DNA of 62,598 bases, filler included. It is 7 parts of 7 records of this genome, joined end to end, with 100 filler letters (N's around TTAATTAATTAA, not from the genome) between each part and the next. Parts side by side here need not be neighbours in the genome. Positions count along the whole stretch, not along the records: positions 58,657 to 62,598 come from SRR11831585_727; 6 more parts are not named here. One strand, given 5' to 3'. Shown here piece by piece: positions 59,846 to 62,598 of this stretch (position 1 is its first letter; every line of letters starts with the position of its first letter). A program made the position numbers and the translations under genes. The notes under the pieces are model-generated. The model worked only from the letters and a program-made list of their open reading frames with translations. It had not been told where the DNA came from and did no database searches.

Positions 59846-59861
59846 TGTGAATCTTTTCACA
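59846..59861. promoter_or_regulatory. CRP site upstream of preT
   Basis: TGTGA-ATCTTT-TCACA, perfect core. Confidence 0.65.
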
Positions 59862-59954
59862 GTTTAAATTCCCCCGCACGCTTAGCCTTAATATCAGTAC
59901 ATTATTATTTACTAAACGCTCGCCTTAATTACCTATAGCATTAAGGAAGATCAC

Positions 59955-61193
59955 ATGCCGCAACAAAATTATCTGGATGAACTCACTCCGGCTTTTACGT
60001 CTTTACTGGCGATTAAAGAAGCCTCTCGCTGTTTATTATGTCACGACGCTCCCTGTAGTCAGGCTTGCCCGGCACAGACCGATCCGGGGAAATTTATTCG
60101 CTCAATCTACTTTCGTAATTTTAAAGGCGCTGCCGAGACAATTCGCGAAAATAATGCCCTCGGTGCCGTTTGTGCCAGAGTGTGCCCGACGGAGAAATTA
60201 TGCCAAAGCGGTTGTACCCGTGCCGGTGTTGATGCTCCCATTGATATCGGCCGCTTACAGCGTTTTGTTACTGATTTTGAACAACAAACCGGAATGGAAA
60301 TTTATCAGCCCGGTACTAAAACGCTCGGCAAAGTCGCGATTATTGGCGCAGGTCCTGCCGGATTGCAGGCCAGTGTGACACTGACAAACCAGGGTTATGA
60401 CGTCACGATTTATGAGAAAGAAGCGCACCCCGGTGGCTGGTTGCGTAACGGTATTCCGCAATTCCGGTTACCGCAATCAGTGCTGGATGCAGAGATCGCC
60501 CGTATTGAAAAAATGGGCGTGACCATTAAGTGCAACAACGAAGTCGGTAACACACTCACCCTTGAGCAGCTGAAAGCAGAAAACCGCGCGGTACTGGTCA
60601 CCGTGGGGTTATCAAGCGGTTCCGGGCTACCGCTGTTTGAGCATAGTGACGTTGAGATTGCCGTCGACTTCTTGCAACGTGCACGACAGGCGCAAGGCGA
60701 TATCAGCATTCCACAAAGCGCATTAATTATCGGCGGCGGTGATGTCGCGATGGACGTAGCCAGCACGCTGAAAGTTCTCGGCTGTCAGGCGGTAACTTGC
60801 GTAGCGCGTGAAGAGTTAGATGAGTTTCCGGCAAGCGAAAAAGAGTTTACCAGCGCCCGGGAGCTGGGCGTTTCGATCATCGATGGATTCACGCCAGTAG
60901 CCGTGGAAGGCAATAAAGTCACGTTTAAGCATGTACGGTTATCGGGCGAACTGACGATGGCGGCAGATAAAATTATTCTCGCCGTCGGTCAGCATGCCAG
61001 ACTAGATGCCTTTGCGGAGTTAGAGCCGCAGCGTAACACCATCAAAACACAAAATTACCAGACCCGCGACCCGCAAGTCTTTGCTGCTGGCGATATTGTT
61101 GAGGGTGACAAAACCGTGGTCTATGCCGTGAAAACCGGGAAAGAAGCCGCCGAGGCGATTCATCACTATTTAGAGGGAGCTTGCTCATGTTAA
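59955..61193 (+). CDS. preT: Dihydropyrimidine dehydrogenase subunit PreT (YeiT)
   Basis: [15 protein letters not shown] and GGGDVAMD motifs. Confidence 0.96.
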   Translation: MPQQNYLDELTPAFTSLLAIKEASRCLLCHDAPCSQACPAQTDPGKFIRSIYFRNFKGAAETIRENNALGAVCARVCPTEKLCQSGCTRAGVDAPIDIGRLQRFVTDFEQQTGMEIYQPGTKTLGKVAIIGAGPAGLQASVTLTNQGYDVTIYEKEAHPGGWLRNGIPQFRLPQSVLDAEIARIEKMGVTIKCNNEVGNTLTLEQLKAENRAVLVTVGLSSGSGLPLFEHSDVEIAVDFLQRARQAQGDISIPQSALIIGGGDVAMDVASTLKVLGCQAVTCVAREELDEFPASEKEFTSARELGVSIIDGFTPVAVEGNKVTFKHVRLSGELTMAADKIILAVGQHARLDAFAELEPQRNTIKTQNYQTRDPQVFAAGDIVEGDKTVVYAVKTGKEAAEAIHHYLEGACSC

Positions 61194-62422
61194 CGAAAGA
61201 TCTTTCGATTACTTTTTGCGGCGTGAAGTTTCCCAACCCGTTCTGCCTCTCTTCTTCGCCGGTAGGCAACTGCTATGAGATGTGTGCCAAAGCCTACGAC
61301 ACAGGTTGGGGCGGTGTGGTGTTTAAAACGATCGGCTTTTTTATCGCCAACGAAGTCTCGCCGCGTTTTGATCATCTGGTGAAAGAAGATACCGGTTTTA
61401 TCGGCTTCAAAAATATGGAGCAGATTGCTGAACATCCGTTGGAAGAGAATCTGGCCGCCCTGCGTCGGCTGAAGGAAGATTACCCGGACAAAGTATTGAT
61501 CGCTTCGATCATGGGGGAAAATGAGCAGCAATGGGAGGAGCTGGCGCGCCTGGTGCAAGAAGCTGGCGCGGATATGATCGAGTGTAACTTCTCCTGTCCG
61601 CAAATGACTTCTCATGCGATGGGTAGCGATGTCGGGCAAAGCCCGGAGCTGGTAGAAAAATATTGTCGGGCAGTGAAACGGGGTTCCACGCTGCCAATGC
61701 TGGCGAAGATGACGCCGAATATCGGTGATATGTGCGAAGTGGCGCTGGCGGCGAAGCGCGGCGGCGCAGATGGCATTGCGGCGATTAACACCGTTAAATC
61801 CATCACCAATATCGATCTTAATCAGAAAATCGGTATGCCGATCGTTAACGGAAAATCGAGTATTTCCGGATATTCCGGTAAAGCGGTAAAACCGATCGCC
61901 CTGCGCTTCATTCAGCAAATGCGCACCCATCCAGAACTGCGCGATTTCCCAATCAGCGGTATCGGCGGCATTGAAACCTGGGAGGATGCGGCTGAGTTTT
62001 TATTGCTCGGCGCAGCAACGTTACAGGTGACCACCGGCATCATGCAGTACGGGTATCGGATAGTGGAAGATATGGCAAGCGGGTTGTCGCATTATCTCGC
62101 CGATCAGGGATTTGATTCGCTGCAGGAGATGGTAGGTCTGGCGAATAACAATATTGTCCCGGCGGAAGATTTAGACCGCAGTTATATTGTCTATCCCCGT
62201 ATCAATCTTGATAAATGTGTTGGCTGTGGACGCTGTTATATTTCCTGTTACGACGGCGGTCACCAGGCGATGGAATGGAGCGAGAAAACCCGCACACCGC
62301 ATTGTAATACCGAGAAATGTGTGGGTTGTCTGCTTTGTGGTCACGTCTGCCCGGTGGGTTGTATTGAGCTCGGGGAAGTGAAGTTTAAGAAAGGCGAGAA
62401 AGAACACCCGGTAACGTTGTAA
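61187..62422 (+). CDS. preA: Dihydropyrimidine dehydrogenase subunit PreA (YeiA)
   Basis: NFSCP motif and two C-terminal 4Fe-4S motifs. Confidence 0.96.
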   Translation: MLTKDLSITFCGVKFPNPFCLSSSPVGNCYEMCAKAYDTGWGGVVFKTIGFFIANEVSPRFDHLVKEDTGFIGFKNMEQIAEHPLEENLAALRRLKEDYPDKVLIASIMGENEQQWEELARLVQEAGADMIECNFSCPQMTSHAMGSDVGQSPELVEKYCRAVKRGSTLPMLAKMTPNIGDMCEVALAAKRGGADGIAAINTVKSITNIDLNQKIGMPIVNGKSSISGYSGKAVKPIALRFIQQMRTHPELRDFPISGIGGIETWEDAAEFLLLGAATLQVTTGIMQYGYRIVEDMASGLSHYLADQGFDSLQEMVGLANNNIVPAEDLDRSYIVYPRINLDKCVGCGRCYISCYDGGHQAMEWSEKTRTPHCNTEKCVGCLLCGHVCPVGCIELGEVKFKKGEKEHPVTL

Positions 62423-62427
62423 AACCA

Positions 62428-62598
62428 GAGACGCATCCGGCATTTGGTTCCTGTCGCCGGATGCGGCTTGAACGCCTTATCCGGCCTACAAAACCATACA
62501 AATCAGTATGTTGAGCTTATTGTAGGCCGGATAAAACGCGCCAGCGTTGCATCCGGCATTTGGCTCCTGTTGCCGGATGCGGCGTGAACGCCTTATCC
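62428..62598. repeat. REP/BIME cluster
   Basis: Alternating REP units with linkers (GCATCCGGCATTTGG.TCCTG repeated). Confidence 0.9.

Noticed and set aside
62428-62598. Regularly spaced palindromes resembling a CRISPR array
   Set aside because: They match REP/BIME consensus in alternating orientation, not direct repeats with unique spacers.

Overview
This window is a pseudo-molecule of seven unrelated draft contigs joined by 100-nt spacers (N44-TTAATTAATTAA-N44). Five contigs are Escherichia coli K-12-type chromosome: uppP-folB-plsY-ttdRABT-tsaD-rpsU-dnaG-rpoD'; thrLp-yjtD-arcA-creDCBA-rob-ytjC-yjjX; yjcO-fdhF-mdtPON-yjcS-alsKECABR-rpiB-yjdP'; cysJIH-sokX-cas3'; and sanA-yeiS-preTA. One contig is the F-plasmid transfer region, from 'vapC/traD to 'traF. 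The remaining 2.1-kb contig (37736-39832) is not bacterial. On its minus strand I reconstructed by hand a 4-exon eukaryotic gene with three short GT-AG introns (55, 52 and 60 nt). It encodes a 241-aa protein with an N-terminal RWP-RK transcription-factor domain, which the ORF track misses. The E. coli host appears to carry creC510 (R77P) and a cluster of same-strand C>T changes, judged against my recalled K-12 proteins. Five single-base frameshifts (ttdB, mdtP, trbB, cysJ, cas3) sit in or next to homopolymer runs and are probably sequencing errors. I found no novel bacterial system and no CRISPR array.
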